From an uncultured Hyphomicrobiales bacterium (lineage in GTDB: Bacteria; Bacteroidota; Ignavibacteria; Kapaibacteriales; UBA2268): 64,000 nt of DNA. Below the pieces are notes generated by a model that made no database searches, was not told the origin of the DNA, and was given only the letters and a program-made list of their open reading frames with translations. Numbering within the stretch: position 1 is the stretch's first letter; every line of letters begins with the position of its first letter. The stretch lies in NCBI GenBank assembly GCA_964509335.1, contig CAZDXB010000003.1:80025-144024 (forward strand), given 5' to 3'. This document shows positions 38,228 to 47,460 of the stretch, in pieces. Position numbers and translations under genes: made by a program.

Positions 38228-39532
38228 CTATTTCAAATGTTCAAAAATCTCTGCAACTATTCTATCGCTTTCTCCCGCCGAATTGAATACGTAAAGGCGA
38301 GCGGTTTTGCCGATTTCTTCTTTTGCCTTTTTTGATTTAATCAAATTGACTATCCATTCGTAAATATCTTTTTCGGTTCGAGTTATGGAAAGAGCGTCCA
38401 AGTTTTCTAGGTTCAACGCGTCGGGCGAGTTATTAATTTTCGGTCCGGAAGCTAACGGAATTCCGTAACCGGCGGGTTCGGCGACGCTGTGCACTCCCGC
38501 TCCAAAGCCGCCGCCTATATATGCCGCGTCTGCGATTGAGTATAATTTCAGTAGCTTGCCCACGCTGTCCACAATTATTTGATTCCTGCCTAAAAACTCT
38601 TTAAGATTTTTGTCTTTATCGTCGTTGGTCGTAAACTCCAAAATTTGACTTAGAAGGAAGGCGTTGGGCAAATACTCTTTTAAGTTTTTGATATGTTTGG
38701 GCGTCGGTTCGTGCGGAACGAAAATAACTCGAACGTAAAATTCTTTTTCTTTTTCTATTCTTTTTACCGTTTTAATAATTTTGGTTTCGTCGCTTTCCCA
38801 AACGCTTCCTGCGACTAATACAAAGTCGTCGTCGGCGAATGAGTCTTCGGGAAGAATCTTATTTATTTTGCTTTCCTCGACTTTTTCTACAATTCTATCG
38901 AATCTGGTGTCTTTTGAGAGGACAATATCTGTTCTTACGTCCATCGATTCGAAAAAGTCGGCGTGTTTTTTTGAAACAGCGAATATCTTAGTGAAAAGTT
39001 CGTAACTGGAACGAGTAATAATCCGCAGTAGTTCGCCGGAATAAGTTATTTTTTTGCCGGGTTTGGTAGCGCAAATCAAAAATCTCGGAATGCCGTTTTT
39101 CTTTAATATTTCCAAATGATTTCGCCAGATTTCGTATCGAATGAAAATCGCTATGTCGGGCTTTATTTTTTCAATGAACTCTTTGGCGTTTTTTCTGGAA
39201 TCGAACGGCATATATACTGCCGCGTCGACAAATCCGTAGTTCTTTTGAGTGTTGTAGCCCGAAGGAGAGTAGAAAGACGCGATTATTTGAACGTTTTTGT
39301 CCGTTTTCTTAATCTTTTCGATTATAGGTTTGGCTTGTTCGAATTCTCCCATAGACGCCGCGTGGAACCAGATTCTTTTGCCTTTCTTTTTTAGCTTCTC
39401 TAAATCCGAGAAGGATTCCTTCCACTTAGATTCTCTTTCCTTTAGTTTAGGCATAAAGAGCTTTCCGATAGATTTAGCCAAGTAGCCAATCGGCACGGCG
39501 AAAATGTTATATAGTAAAGAAATAAAACTCAA
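38228..39532 (-). CDS. waaA: 3-deoxy-D-manno-octulosonic acid (Kdo) transferase
   Basis: 434 aa. N-terminal membrane anchor and hallmark WFHAASMGEFEQAKP motif of KdtA/WaaA. Confidence 0.85.
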   Translation of the reverse strand: MSFISLLYNIFAVPIGYLAKSIGKLFMPKLKERESKWKESFSDLEKLKKKGKRIWFHAASMGEFEQAKPIIEKIKKTDKNVQIIASFYSPSGYNTQKNYGFVDAAVYMPFDSRKNAKEFIEKIKPDIAIFIRYEIWRNHLEILKKNGIPRFLICATKPGKKITYSGELLRIITRSSYELFTKIFAVSKKHADFFESMDVRTDIVLSKDTRFDRIVEKVEESKINKILPEDSFADDDFVLVAGSVWESDETKIIKTVKRIEKEKEFYVRVIFVPHEPTPKHIKNLKEYLPNAFLLSQILEFTTNDDKDKNLKEFLGRNQIIVDSVGKLLKLYSIADAAYIGGGFGAGVHSVAEPAGYGIPLASGPKINNSPDALNLENLDALSITRTEKDIYEWIVNLIKSKKAKEEIGKTARLYVFNSAGESDRIVAEIFEHLK

Positions 39533-39600
39533 AGCTTAATATTCATTCGATTTATTCATACAAAACAACGCGAATATAGCGTTTTTTAACGTTATAACAG

Positions 39601-40236
39601 CTATTTTTTAAATAATTTGTTGCAGTCGGAAAAAGCTTTTTTGTCGTCGTCGTAAGTTTTAATCATTTTTTGCAATTCGTCGGTCGGGGCTGTTAGCGCG
39701 ATACCGTCGTCGGTTTTTACGTATTCTATGAAATTTTCGTTTTTTTCTATTTGATTTTTCAACCATTTGTATTGAAGGAAACTAATGGCTAAAGTGTCGG
39801 AGTTAAAGTCGATTTTTGAAATAGAGTGAGCGGGAATATAATGCAAAGCGCCAAAAGTAATTTCTTCTACTTCTTTTGGATATAAATCGAGAAAATACCT
39901 GTCGTTAAGTTTGAAAAGGGCGGCGACGAAAGATTCTTTGATAACTAAAGAGTTGTTGCCGATAATTTTTCCGGATTCTCGATTAGAGTCAAGTTTCATT
40001 TCTTTCTTTTGAACTATAGCTAAATCGTATAGGAATTCGCTTTTGGACTTTTTGAAAATCCATTTGTTGTCTTCTTCGTCAATCCACTCGCCTGTAAGTT
40101 CTTCGTTGAAGACTAAATCCTTTTGGTTATAGAATGGATGAACGCTGGCGGCTAGACACCCAATTATTGTCGTTAGTATGATTATGGCAACGATAGTTAT
40201 TTTATAGTTCATATTTTTACGGCTATTCATTAACAA
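39601..40236 (-). CDS. Hypothetical lipoprotein
   Basis: Signal peptide with lipobox IIGC. No recognisable domain. The TTG at 40236 is probably an extension, and ATG at 40228-40230 (MNSRKNM...) is the likelier start. Confidence 0.5.
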   Translation of the reverse strand: MLMNSRKNMNYKITIVAIIILTTIIGCLAASVHPFYNQKDLVFNEELTGEWIDEEDNKWIFKKSKSEFLYDLAIVQKKEMKLDSNRESGKIIGNNSLVIKESFVAALFKLNDRYFLDLYPKEVEEITFGALHYIPAHSISKIDFNSDTLAISFLQYKWLKNQIEKNENFIEYVKTDDGIALTAPTDELQKMIKTYDDDKKAFSDCNKLFKK

Positions 40237-40327
40237 ACCTACTCTAATATAACTATTTTTTAAGTAATTATGAAAGAAAGTTTTGCGGCGCGAAATGTGA
40301 ATTTCAAGAAGGCAATGTTAAACTTAG

Positions 40328-40401
40328 CTCCTGAGGGCGGACTCGAACCGCCGACCCACTGATTAACAGTCAGTTGCTCTATCCATCTGAGCTACTCAGG
40401 A
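40328..40401 (-). tRNA. tRNA-Asn (anticodon GTT)
   Basis: 74 nt. Cloverleaf TCCTGAG-TA-GCTC-AGATGGATA-GAGC-A-ACTGA-CTGTTAA-TCAGT-GGGTC-GGCGG-TTCGAGT-CCGCC-CTCAGGA-G. No encoded CCA. Confidence 0.85.
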
Positions 40402-40483
40402 ATTTATTTAGATTACAAATATAAATATTTTTCAAAGTCTGACAAAATTTTTTTATCTTTATTTTTTCAATTAACGGTCGCTT

Positions 40484-41233
40484 ATGATTGAAAGTTCTGA
40501 AGCCGTCGTTCTTCATACTAGGAGATACGGCGAGACAAGTAAAATATTGGAGGTTTTTGGAAAAACTTCGGGCAAAATCTCGTTGATAGCTAAAGGAGCG
40601 AGAAAGGCGAAAAGTAAGTTCGGCGCGACTTTGAACCCGGGAGCGAGAATAGATATTAATTATTACTATAAGAAAACCAGAAGCTTACATCTGCTTTCGA
40701 GTTCGGAGCTAGTAAAACCGTATAGAAGTATATACGAGGATTTCGACAATTTAACCGCCGCTTACTGTATTTTGGAAGCTGTTCTTTACACTCAGCAGAC
40801 CGACGAAGTTAACGAGGATCTATACGAGCTTGTCGTGGAGTCTCTCGAGCTTATCGACGGCGAAACTGACGGCGGAGGATTTTCAGTTCTTTTCGCGTTT
40901 ATGTTAAGATTTGTCGCGATTTTGGGATTCGCAATCGATTTGTCTATTCGGTTTCCTTCCGGAAAAGAGTTCGCGTATTTTTCTTTAGAGAGCGGAATAT
41001 TGATAAAAGACGACAAGGAGGCGAAAGATTTCTTTAAGATTAGCTCCGACGCTTATTTAACGCTTCAAGAAATTTTTTCTTCGTCGGCTAAAGAATTTGC
41101 TCGAATGAAAATAAACAAAAATTTGATTTCGGAAATTCATAATTTTTTCGTTAATTATCTAAGTTATCATTTGGATAAAAGAATAGTTTTTAAATCGATG
41201 AAACTTTGGAAATCTTTGAGCGAGTTGGATTGA
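40484..41233 (+). CDS. recO: DNA repair protein RecO
   Basis: 249 aa. RecO N-terminal OB-fold block (AVVLHTRRYGETSKILEVFGKTSGKISLIAKGARK). Confidence 0.85.
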   Translation: MIESSEAVVLHTRRYGETSKILEVFGKTSGKISLIAKGARKAKSKFGATLNPGARIDINYYYKKTRSLHLLSSSELVKPYRSIYEDFDNLTAAYCILEAVLYTQQTDEVNEDLYELVVESLELIDGETDGGGFSVLFAFMLRFVAILGFAIDLSIRFPSGKEFAYFSLESGILIKDDKEAKDFFKISSDAYLTLQEIFSSSAKEFARMKINKNLISEIHNFFVNYLSYHLDKRIVFKSMKLWKSLSELD

Positions 41234-41257
41234 AATGAACAATAAGAACGTTTTTTA

Positions 41258-42571
41258 ATGATATTAGATATATTTTTAACGTTATTTTTAGTCTTTCTGA
41301 ACGGCTTTTTCGTTGCCGCGGAATTCGCTATCGTTAAAGTCAGAACTTCCCAACTGGAACTTAGAATAAAGGACGGAAGCAAGATAGCGACTTTAGCGAA
41401 AAGCGTCGCTTACAATCTAGACGCCTATCTATCTGCTACGCAACTCGGTATTACTTTAGCTTCGCTCGGTCTCGGCTGGATAGGCGAAAGCGTAGTATCC
41501 GAAATTATTAAGAATATAATGGTGTTTATAGGCGTTCAGCTAACTCCCGAAGTCATACATCAAATTGCCCTGCCTACCGCTTTCGTAACCATAACGATAC
41601 TTCATATTGTTTTCGGCGAATTGGCTCCTAAGTCTATCGCCATTCAGCGTCCGGAGGCGGTTTCTTTAGGCGTTTCTTTGCCGTTACGCGCGTTCTTTAT
41701 CGTTTTCAAGCCGTTCATTTGGCTTTTGAACTCTTTCGCAAATTTAATAATAAAGATTTTTGGATTCGAGCCCCAAACGGGCGAGGACGAAGCTCACAGC
41801 TCCGAGGAGTTGCGCTATCTGCTTGAAGAAAGCTCGAAAAGCGGCGTCGAAGGCGTTCCCGACAACAAAATGATTGAAAACGTTTTCGATTTTCCCGACA
41901 CTCCCGTTAAGCAAGTGATGATTCCGAGAAATAAAATATTCGCCGTAGAAGTTGATTCGCCAAAGGAAGAGATATTCGATAAAATAATCGACGAGGGCTA
42001 TTCGAGATTGCCGGTTTACAAGGAAACTTTGGATAACATTATAGGCGTTATTTACGCCAAAGATTTAATTAGTATGATACGCCACTCTAATTTGATTATT
42101 GTTCAAGACTTGCTACGACCCGCGTATTTTGTTTACGAGTCCGATAAAATTGAGACCGTTCTGCGCCAGATGCAAAGGCAGAAAATTCATTTGGGAATAG
42201 TTTTGGACGAATTCGGAGGCGTCGCCGGCATAGTCGCTCTTGAAGATATTATCGAGGAGATTGTCGGCGAAATACAAGACGAATACGACGAGGAGAAGCC
42301 GATTGTCGTTCGATTAGCCGATTCAGAGTTTAAAATTCAAGCTTCTTCGCCGATAGACGACGTCAATGATTATCTGCCCGTTCCTCTGCCTGAAAAAGAA
42401 GATTACGAAACGGTAGCCGGTTTAATTATTAGCGAAGTTGGCAGAATACCGAAGCCTAACGAATTAATAGATATAAACGATTATTTGTGTAAAATTATAA
42501 GCAGTTCTAAAAGAAGCGTTGAAACGGTTAAGCTGACGCTCAAAGAGGATACAGACGAAGCAAATGAATAA
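41258..42571 (+). CDS. CNNM/TlyC-family membrane protein (DUF21 - CBS pair - CorC_HlyC)
   Basis: 437 aa. N-terminal 4-TM DUF21 (FLNGFFVAAEFAIVKVR), CBS pair, C-terminal transporter-associated domain. Confidence 0.8.
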   Translation: MILDIFLTLFLVFLNGFFVAAEFAIVKVRTSQLELRIKDGSKIATLAKSVAYNLDAYLSATQLGITLASLGLGWIGESVVSEIIKNIMVFIGVQLTPEVIHQIALPTAFVTITILHIVFGELAPKSIAIQRPEAVSLGVSLPLRAFFIVFKPFIWLLNSFANLIIKIFGFEPQTGEDEAHSSEELRYLLEESSKSGVEGVPDNKMIENVFDFPDTPVKQVMIPRNKIFAVEVDSPKEEIFDKIIDEGYSRLPVYKETLDNIIGVIYAKDLISMIRHSNLIIVQDLLRPAYFVYESDKIETVLRQMQRQKIHLGIVLDEFGGVAGIVALEDIIEEIVGEIQDEYDEEKPIVVRLADSEFKIQASSPIDDVNDYLPVPLPEKEDYETVAGLIISEVGRIPKPNELIDINDYLCKIISSSKRSVETVKLTLKEDTDEANE

Positions 42572-42806
42572 AGAAAGGGACTAGTATTAAAGAAATACCG
42601 TCCCTTCCTCTGTTAAGCAAAGCAAATTGCTTACGCGTCGCTAATCTAATATACGAAAGCTTAGTCGCTATATTCTAATAGATTTTAATAAAAAAAGCGG
42701 GCGTTTTTTATTTATTTTATTAAGTATTATTTACTAAGTGTTTGATTAATTTAATTTCAATCTCAAGAAACCGGCGGTATCCAAAAGAGTAGAGCTTTAG
42801 AGAAGT

Positions 42807-43436
42807 TTAAGCTATCAAATGATTTTTAATAGCGTAGATTGTTAATTCTGAATTGTTTCTTAATTCCATTTTTTTGAGGAGGCTGTTTCTGTAGTTGCTT
42901 ACTGTGTTTTTGCTTATGTATAGCTTTTTGGAAATCTCTTCCAGTTTGTGTCCTTCGGCGAGAAGGCGCATTACTTGGAATTCTCTGTCGGATAATTTCT
43001 CGTGAGGAGATTTATCGGCTCCTTTTCTTAGCTGCGAAGGTAGTTGTTCGAAAAGGGACGGCGAAATATAATCGCGTCCGGAGGCGGTTTTATTTATAGC
43101 GTCTATTAATTGTTCTTGAGAGCAATCTTTATTTAAATATCCCGAAGCGCCGGCTCTAATAGTTCTAATAGCAAAATTCTTTTCCGGTATCATCGAAAAA
43201 ATTAGCGCGGGAAGATTGGGTTTTAAATCCTTTATGGCTTTTAAGGTGTCGAAAGCGTCTTTTCCCGGCATAACTATATCCAACATAACTAAATCGTAGT
43301 CGTTTTCGGTTACTTTTTCGATTAATTCATCGCCGTTGGCTGCTTCGTCGAATTCTAAGAACGAATATTCTTCTTCGAGTATTAATTTTAAGCCTTTTCT
43401 AACGATTGTGTGGTCGTCGGCTATTATGATTTTCAT
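42807..43436 (-). CDS. NarL/FixJ-type response regulator (REC + LuxR HTH), paralog 1
   Basis: 209 aa. Receiver (IIIADDHTIVRKGLK...LVMLDIVMPGKD) and LuxR-type HTH (LSDREFQVMRLLAEGHKLEEISKKLYISKNTVSNYR). Confidence 0.85.
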   Translation of the reverse strand: MKIIIADDHTIVRKGLKLILEEEYSFLEFDEAANGDELIEKVTENDYDLVMLDIVMPGKDAFDTLKAIKDLKPNLPALIFSMIPEKNFAIRTIRAGASGYLNKDCSQEQLIDAINKTASGRDYISPSLFEQLPSQLRKGADKSPHEKLSDREFQVMRLLAEGHKLEEISKKLYISKNTVSNYRNSLLKKMELRNNSELTIYAIKNHLIA

Positions 43437-43816
43437 AACTCATTTCCCTTTTCTCTGCATAACTTTGTTGTTTTATTCAATGGCGAATTGTATTTTGCGA
43501 TTTTTAAAGTTATTGGCAATGAGACGCTTAATAAATCCTTAACTGAATATTTTTTGCAACGTTTCTTCATAATAACGCATAGTAATATAAACAAAATTTT
43601 AAATTATTACGTTTCAGGTTAAAGTTAAAAAATTTTTATTTATATTTTGTAGTAGAAACCACTATATTTTTTTAGGGACGGTTGGCTTATTTTTGTCATA
43701 ATCAGAACTACAAAACAATAAGCGTTAATAATAGCAAGATATTACGAGCCTAAATTCTCAAGGAGCCTTGGAATGCATTAAGGATTAGGCAAACTTAGTA
43801 AATTTGGAGGTAGAGT

Positions 43817-44446
43817 TTAGTTTATCAACTGATTCTTAATGGCGTAAATCGTGATTTCGGAGTTGTTTCTAAGCCCTAACTTTTTCATAATATTGTTGCG
43901 GTAGTTGCTGATAGTATTCTTGCTTAAATATAAATTAGAGGAGATTTCGTCGAGGGTTTGCCCTGCGGCGATTAATCGCAGGACTTGGAATTCTCTATCG
44001 GATAATAGTTCTTGCGGCGATTTTTTAGCGCCTTCTCTCAACTTCGAAGCTAATTGTTCCGACAGCGTCGGAGAAATATAATCTCTGCCCGAATATGTTT
44101 TAGTAATCGCGTCTATTAGTTGTTCTTGGGGGCAGTCTTTGTTAAGGTAGCCGGAAGCTCCCGCTCTTATCATTCTAATAGCGAAGTTCTTTTCCGGATT
44201 CATTGAGAATACGAGAACCGGCAAGTCGGGTTTGATTGATTTCACCATTTTTAGGGTGTCTATAGCGTCTTTGCCGGGCATTACAATATCGAGAATAACT
44301 AAGTCGTAGTCGTTTTCGCTGATTTTTTGGACTAATTCGTCGCCGTTTACGGCTTCGTCGAATTCCGAAAGAGAGAATTCTTCTTCCAGTATCAGTTTCA
44401 ATCCTTTACGCACAATTGAATGGTCGTCGGCTATTATGATTTTCAT
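43817..44446 (-). CDS. NarL/FixJ-type response regulator (REC + LuxR HTH), paralog 2
   Basis: 209 aa, collinear with paralog 1. Roughly three quarters of residues are identical (estimated by eye), and the two start regions share the identical DNA stretch TCGTCGGCTATTATGATTTTCATAAC. Confidence 0.85.
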   Translation of the reverse strand: MKIIIADDHSIVRKGLKLILEEEFSLSEFDEAVNGDELVQKISENDYDLVILDIVMPGKDAIDTLKMVKSIKPDLPVLVFSMNPEKNFAIRMIRAGASGYLNKDCPQEQLIDAITKTYSGRDYISPTLSEQLASKLREGAKKSPQELLSDREFQVLRLIAAGQTLDEISSNLYLSKNTISNYRNNIMKKLGLRNNSEITIYAIKNQLIN

Positions 44447-44491
44447 AACAGAATCTCGTTTAAAGGTTCTTTTGAATGTATCAGCGGCGAT

Positions 44492-45196
44492 TTATCTAGT
44501 AATTTGAAGCTTTTCAAGAGCTACTAATTTGTTGTTAAGCATAAATTCAACGAAATACGTTCCTTGACTAAGCCTTATGGCGTTGTATAGCTTGTCGTTT
44601 ACGCCTTTTCTGATATCCTGATTCATTATAACGTCAACTTTAATTCCTCGCTCGTTGTATATACTAATTGTCGCTTTTCCGCTTTCCTCGGCGTTGATTA
44701 TCAGTTTGATAATATCTACGGCGGGATTGGGCGTAACGCGCAATTCAGCTTTAGAGTCGTTTTCAATATCGTTGGTATTATAAGATTCAGATTCAGAGGA
44801 TGATTGGTCGCCGACGTTATCGCGGAAATAAACGGTGTCTATTTCGCTATGCTTTGTGAACCAATAAACCTTACTGGTAGTTCCGTCGTATGAGTATCTT
44901 TCGGTGAATGAATTGTCGTCAATACTTGAATTCGTTATTTCAACTCTCGGTATTCCGGTGGGGGGCCATTTACGTATATCGCCGATTCCGCAAATTGGAT
45001 ATGATTCCGAGTCTTCGTCGGACCAGCGAACGATAAAAGTGTCGTAAATTCCGTTTTCGTCTGAATCTATTACTCGCGTTCTTACTATTTCAGTATCGTC
45101 GCCGGAGAATTCTTCTACCACGTCGCCCGCTTTCTCGGCGAGAGCGTAAGAAAAGCTGATTGAAATCAGCGCCATTATGTATATAATGTGTTTCAT
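44492..45196 (-). CDS. Small secreted protein with T9SS C-terminal sorting domain
   Basis: 234 aa. Signal peptide. The C-terminal about 80 aa match the Por sorting-domain pattern (LRVTPNPAVDIIKL...GTYFVEFMLNNKLVALEKLQITR). 45 nt upstream of response-regulator paralog 2 on the same strand. Confidence 0.6.
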   Translation of the reverse strand: MKHIIYIMALISISFSYALAEKAGDVVEEFSGDDTEIVRTRVIDSDENGIYDTFIVRWSDEDSESYPICGIGDIRKWPPTGIPRVEITNSSIDDNSFTERYSYDGTTSKVYWFTKHSEIDTVYFRDNVGDQSSSESESYNTNDIENDSKAELRVTPNPAVDIIKLIINAEESGKATISIYNERGIKVDVIMNQDIRKGVNDKLYNAIRLSQGTYFVEFMLNNKLVALEKLQITR

Positions 45197-45437
45197 TTTC
45201 TTTCAATATAAAAAAATATTTTTAAAAAAACTAATATTTTCCCTATTCTAAATAAAAAATAAAAAAGTTTTTTATCTTTTACAAATATTTTTTATATTAT
45301 AAATTATTAAAATACGTTATTATAACATAAGATAAATTTACGATTAAAAAATAGAGTTATTTGTAGTAGTAAATACTAAAATTAGTGAGAGATAATTATT
45401 AATATAACATAAACTAAGGTTTGATAACGAAGAACTA

Positions 45438-47459
45438 ATGAGACGCGTCGCTGTAATATTGTTTCTGATAGCCGGTTTAGTAATAGGCGGGAGGATTGGC
45501 TACTCTTCTAACGCTTCTGATAAAAAGTTGGAAGAAGTTAGCGGCGCGGAAAAAGTTCGTTTATTGATTGATTTGGCGGATGAAAATCAAAAAGCCAACC
45601 CAAAGCAAAGTATAGATTACGCTAAAGAGGCTTCCGCGTTAGCCGAAGAACTGAACGCCAAAAAGCTAAAGCTCAAATCCAACGCTTCGCTAGCTAAATC
45701 ATACGAGACTCTTTGTAAATACGAGAAGGCGATTAAACATCTAAAGTCTTCCTTAAAGTTAGCGGAAGAACTGGACCGCAAAGAACAGAAAGCCAAGTTG
45801 TTGCTTGATATAGGGAAAATCTATTCTTACTTAAGCAAATACGACAAAGCTTTAGAATCGAACTTAGAGGCTCTCGATATCCATAAGTCGCTCGAGGACA
45901 AAAAAAGGATTGGGCTGTCTTATCACAATATAGCTATCGTTTATTATTATTTGGTTAACTTCGAGAAGGCTTTAAAATATAGTCAAATGGCTCTAAAGTC
46001 ATTTAAAGAAGTCGATTATCAAAAGGGAATCGCCGAAGCCTACAATAACGCCGCTATGATTTATACGAGTTTGGATAGTATAGATAAGGCAATAGATTAC
46101 AATTATAAATCTATTGAGATTACAAAGAAGTTGAACGATAACATCGGGTTGGCAAGCACTTATTACAATATCGCTCAATCTTATTTAGTCAAGGGAGAAG
46201 CGTTAACCGCTATTGATTATTTAGATAAAGCGCTGAAGTTATACAAGAAAGATTTGTATTTGCGCAATCAAGCTCTTGTTTACACCGCTAAAGCGAGAGC
46301 CTATTATCAGTTGGAAAAGTATGAGAATTCGATAAAGAACCTTAATTTAGCTTTGGACAAAGCCGAACAGACGAAGTCGGTGGACTTATTGGCGAACATC
46401 TATAATCAATTCTCCGAGATATACTTAGCTCAAAACAATTACGAGAAGGCATTTAAATACAAAACTGCTTACAACTCGATTCGGGACTCGATTTTTAACG
46501 AGGAGAGCCGCAACAAGATTTCCGAATTGGAAGTAAAAATAGAAACCAAGCAAAAAGCCAAAGAGAATAAATTGCTGAAAGAGACAAATCGCTTGCAACT
46601 TATTCTTTTCATCAGCGTTTCCGTTTTGATTTTAATTATAGTTATAGTTATTTATAGTAGATACAAGACCAAGAAGAAAGCCGGCGAGGAATTAGAAAAG
46701 AAGAATATGAAGATTACCGAGCAAAACGCGACGCTGGAAAATCTCAATAAGGAACTAAACGAAGCGAACGTAGCCAAAGATAAATTCTTTAGCATAATGG
46801 CGCACGACTTGAAGAGTCCGCTATGGTGGTTCAAGAACGTTACCGAATTGCTCTCTCATAAATACGAAGAGTTAAGCAAGGATAGAATCAAAGAGATAGC
46901 CGACACGCTTGACGACTCGGCTAAGACGTCGCTTCATCTTATCGAGAACTTATTGCAGTGGTCGAGGTCTCAAACCGGCAGGATAGAATACGTGCCGGAA
47001 AGATTTAATTTGCGTTCATTAATTGAAGAGATTATCGCTCATCATCGCTTGCACGCCGAAAGTAAGAAAATCAAAGTTAAGAACACAGTTCCCGAGGGAA
47101 AAGAGATTATTGCCGACAAAAGAATGTTAATGACTGTTCTACGGAATTTTGTTTCTAACGCTATTAAATTCACGCCCGAAGGGGGAGAAGCTATTGTCGG
47201 TTTTGACGAGACGGACGATAACAATTTGATATTTGTAAAAGACACCGGCGTAGGTATAAAGAAGGATGAAATTGACAAGATATTTAGAATAGACGTTCAG
47301 CATAGCACGCTTGGAACGAAGGAAGAAAAAGGAGCCGGTTTAGGCTTGGTGATAGCTAAAGAATTCATCGAAAATCAAGGCGGAACTTTGGACATACAAA
47401 GCGAACCCGGAAAAGGCTCCAAATTCGTTTGCTCGCTACCTAAGAAAGGCATGGCATAA
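45438..47459 (+). CDS. TPR-repeat sensor histidine kinase (signal/TM - about 10 TPRs - TM - HisKA - HATPase)
   Basis: 673 aa. N-terminal hydrophobic segment. Multiple TPR units (xxYxNIAxxYxxxxxYxKALxY). Second TM (LILFISVSVLILIIVIVIY). H-box FFSIMAHDLKSPL. HATPase (LRNFVSNAIKFT, GAGLGLVIAKE). Confidence 0.8.
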   Translation: MRRVAVILFLIAGLVIGGRIGYSSNASDKKLEEVSGAEKVRLLIDLADENQKANPKQSIDYAKEASALAEELNAKKLKLKSNASLAKSYETLCKYEKAIKHLKSSLKLAEELDRKEQKAKLLLDIGKIYSYLSKYDKALESNLEALDIHKSLEDKKRIGLSYHNIAIVYYYLVNFEKALKYSQMALKSFKEVDYQKGIAEAYNNAAMIYTSLDSIDKAIDYNYKSIEITKKLNDNIGLASTYYNIAQSYLVKGEALTAIDYLDKALKLYKKDLYLRNQALVYTAKARAYYQLEKYENSIKNLNLALDKAEQTKSVDLLANIYNQFSEIYLAQNNYEKAFKYKTAYNSIRDSIFNEESRNKISELEVKIETKQKAKENKLLKETNRLQLILFISVSVLILIIVIVIYSRYKTKKKAGEELEKKNMKITEQNATLENLNKELNEANVAKDKFFSIMAHDLKSPLWWFKNVTELLSHKYEELSKDRIKEIADTLDDSAKTSLHLIENLLQWSRSQTGRIEYVPERFNLRSLIEEIIAHHRLHAESKKIKVKNTVPEGKEIIADKRMLMTVLRNFVSNAIKFTPEGGEAIVGFDETDDNNLIFVKDTGVGIKKDEIDKIFRIDVQHSTLGTKEEKGAGLGLVIAKEFIENQGGTLDIQSEPGKGSKFVCSLPKKGMA

Positions 47460-47460
47460 T

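Noticed and set aside
42572-42806. A6-GCGGGCG-T6 element at about 42690-42712 between the CNNM gene and response regulator 1, considered as a bidirectional terminator
   Set aside because: The central GC segment is not self-complementary. Pairing would rely only on A/T arms with a mismatch, so this is a weak candidate at best.
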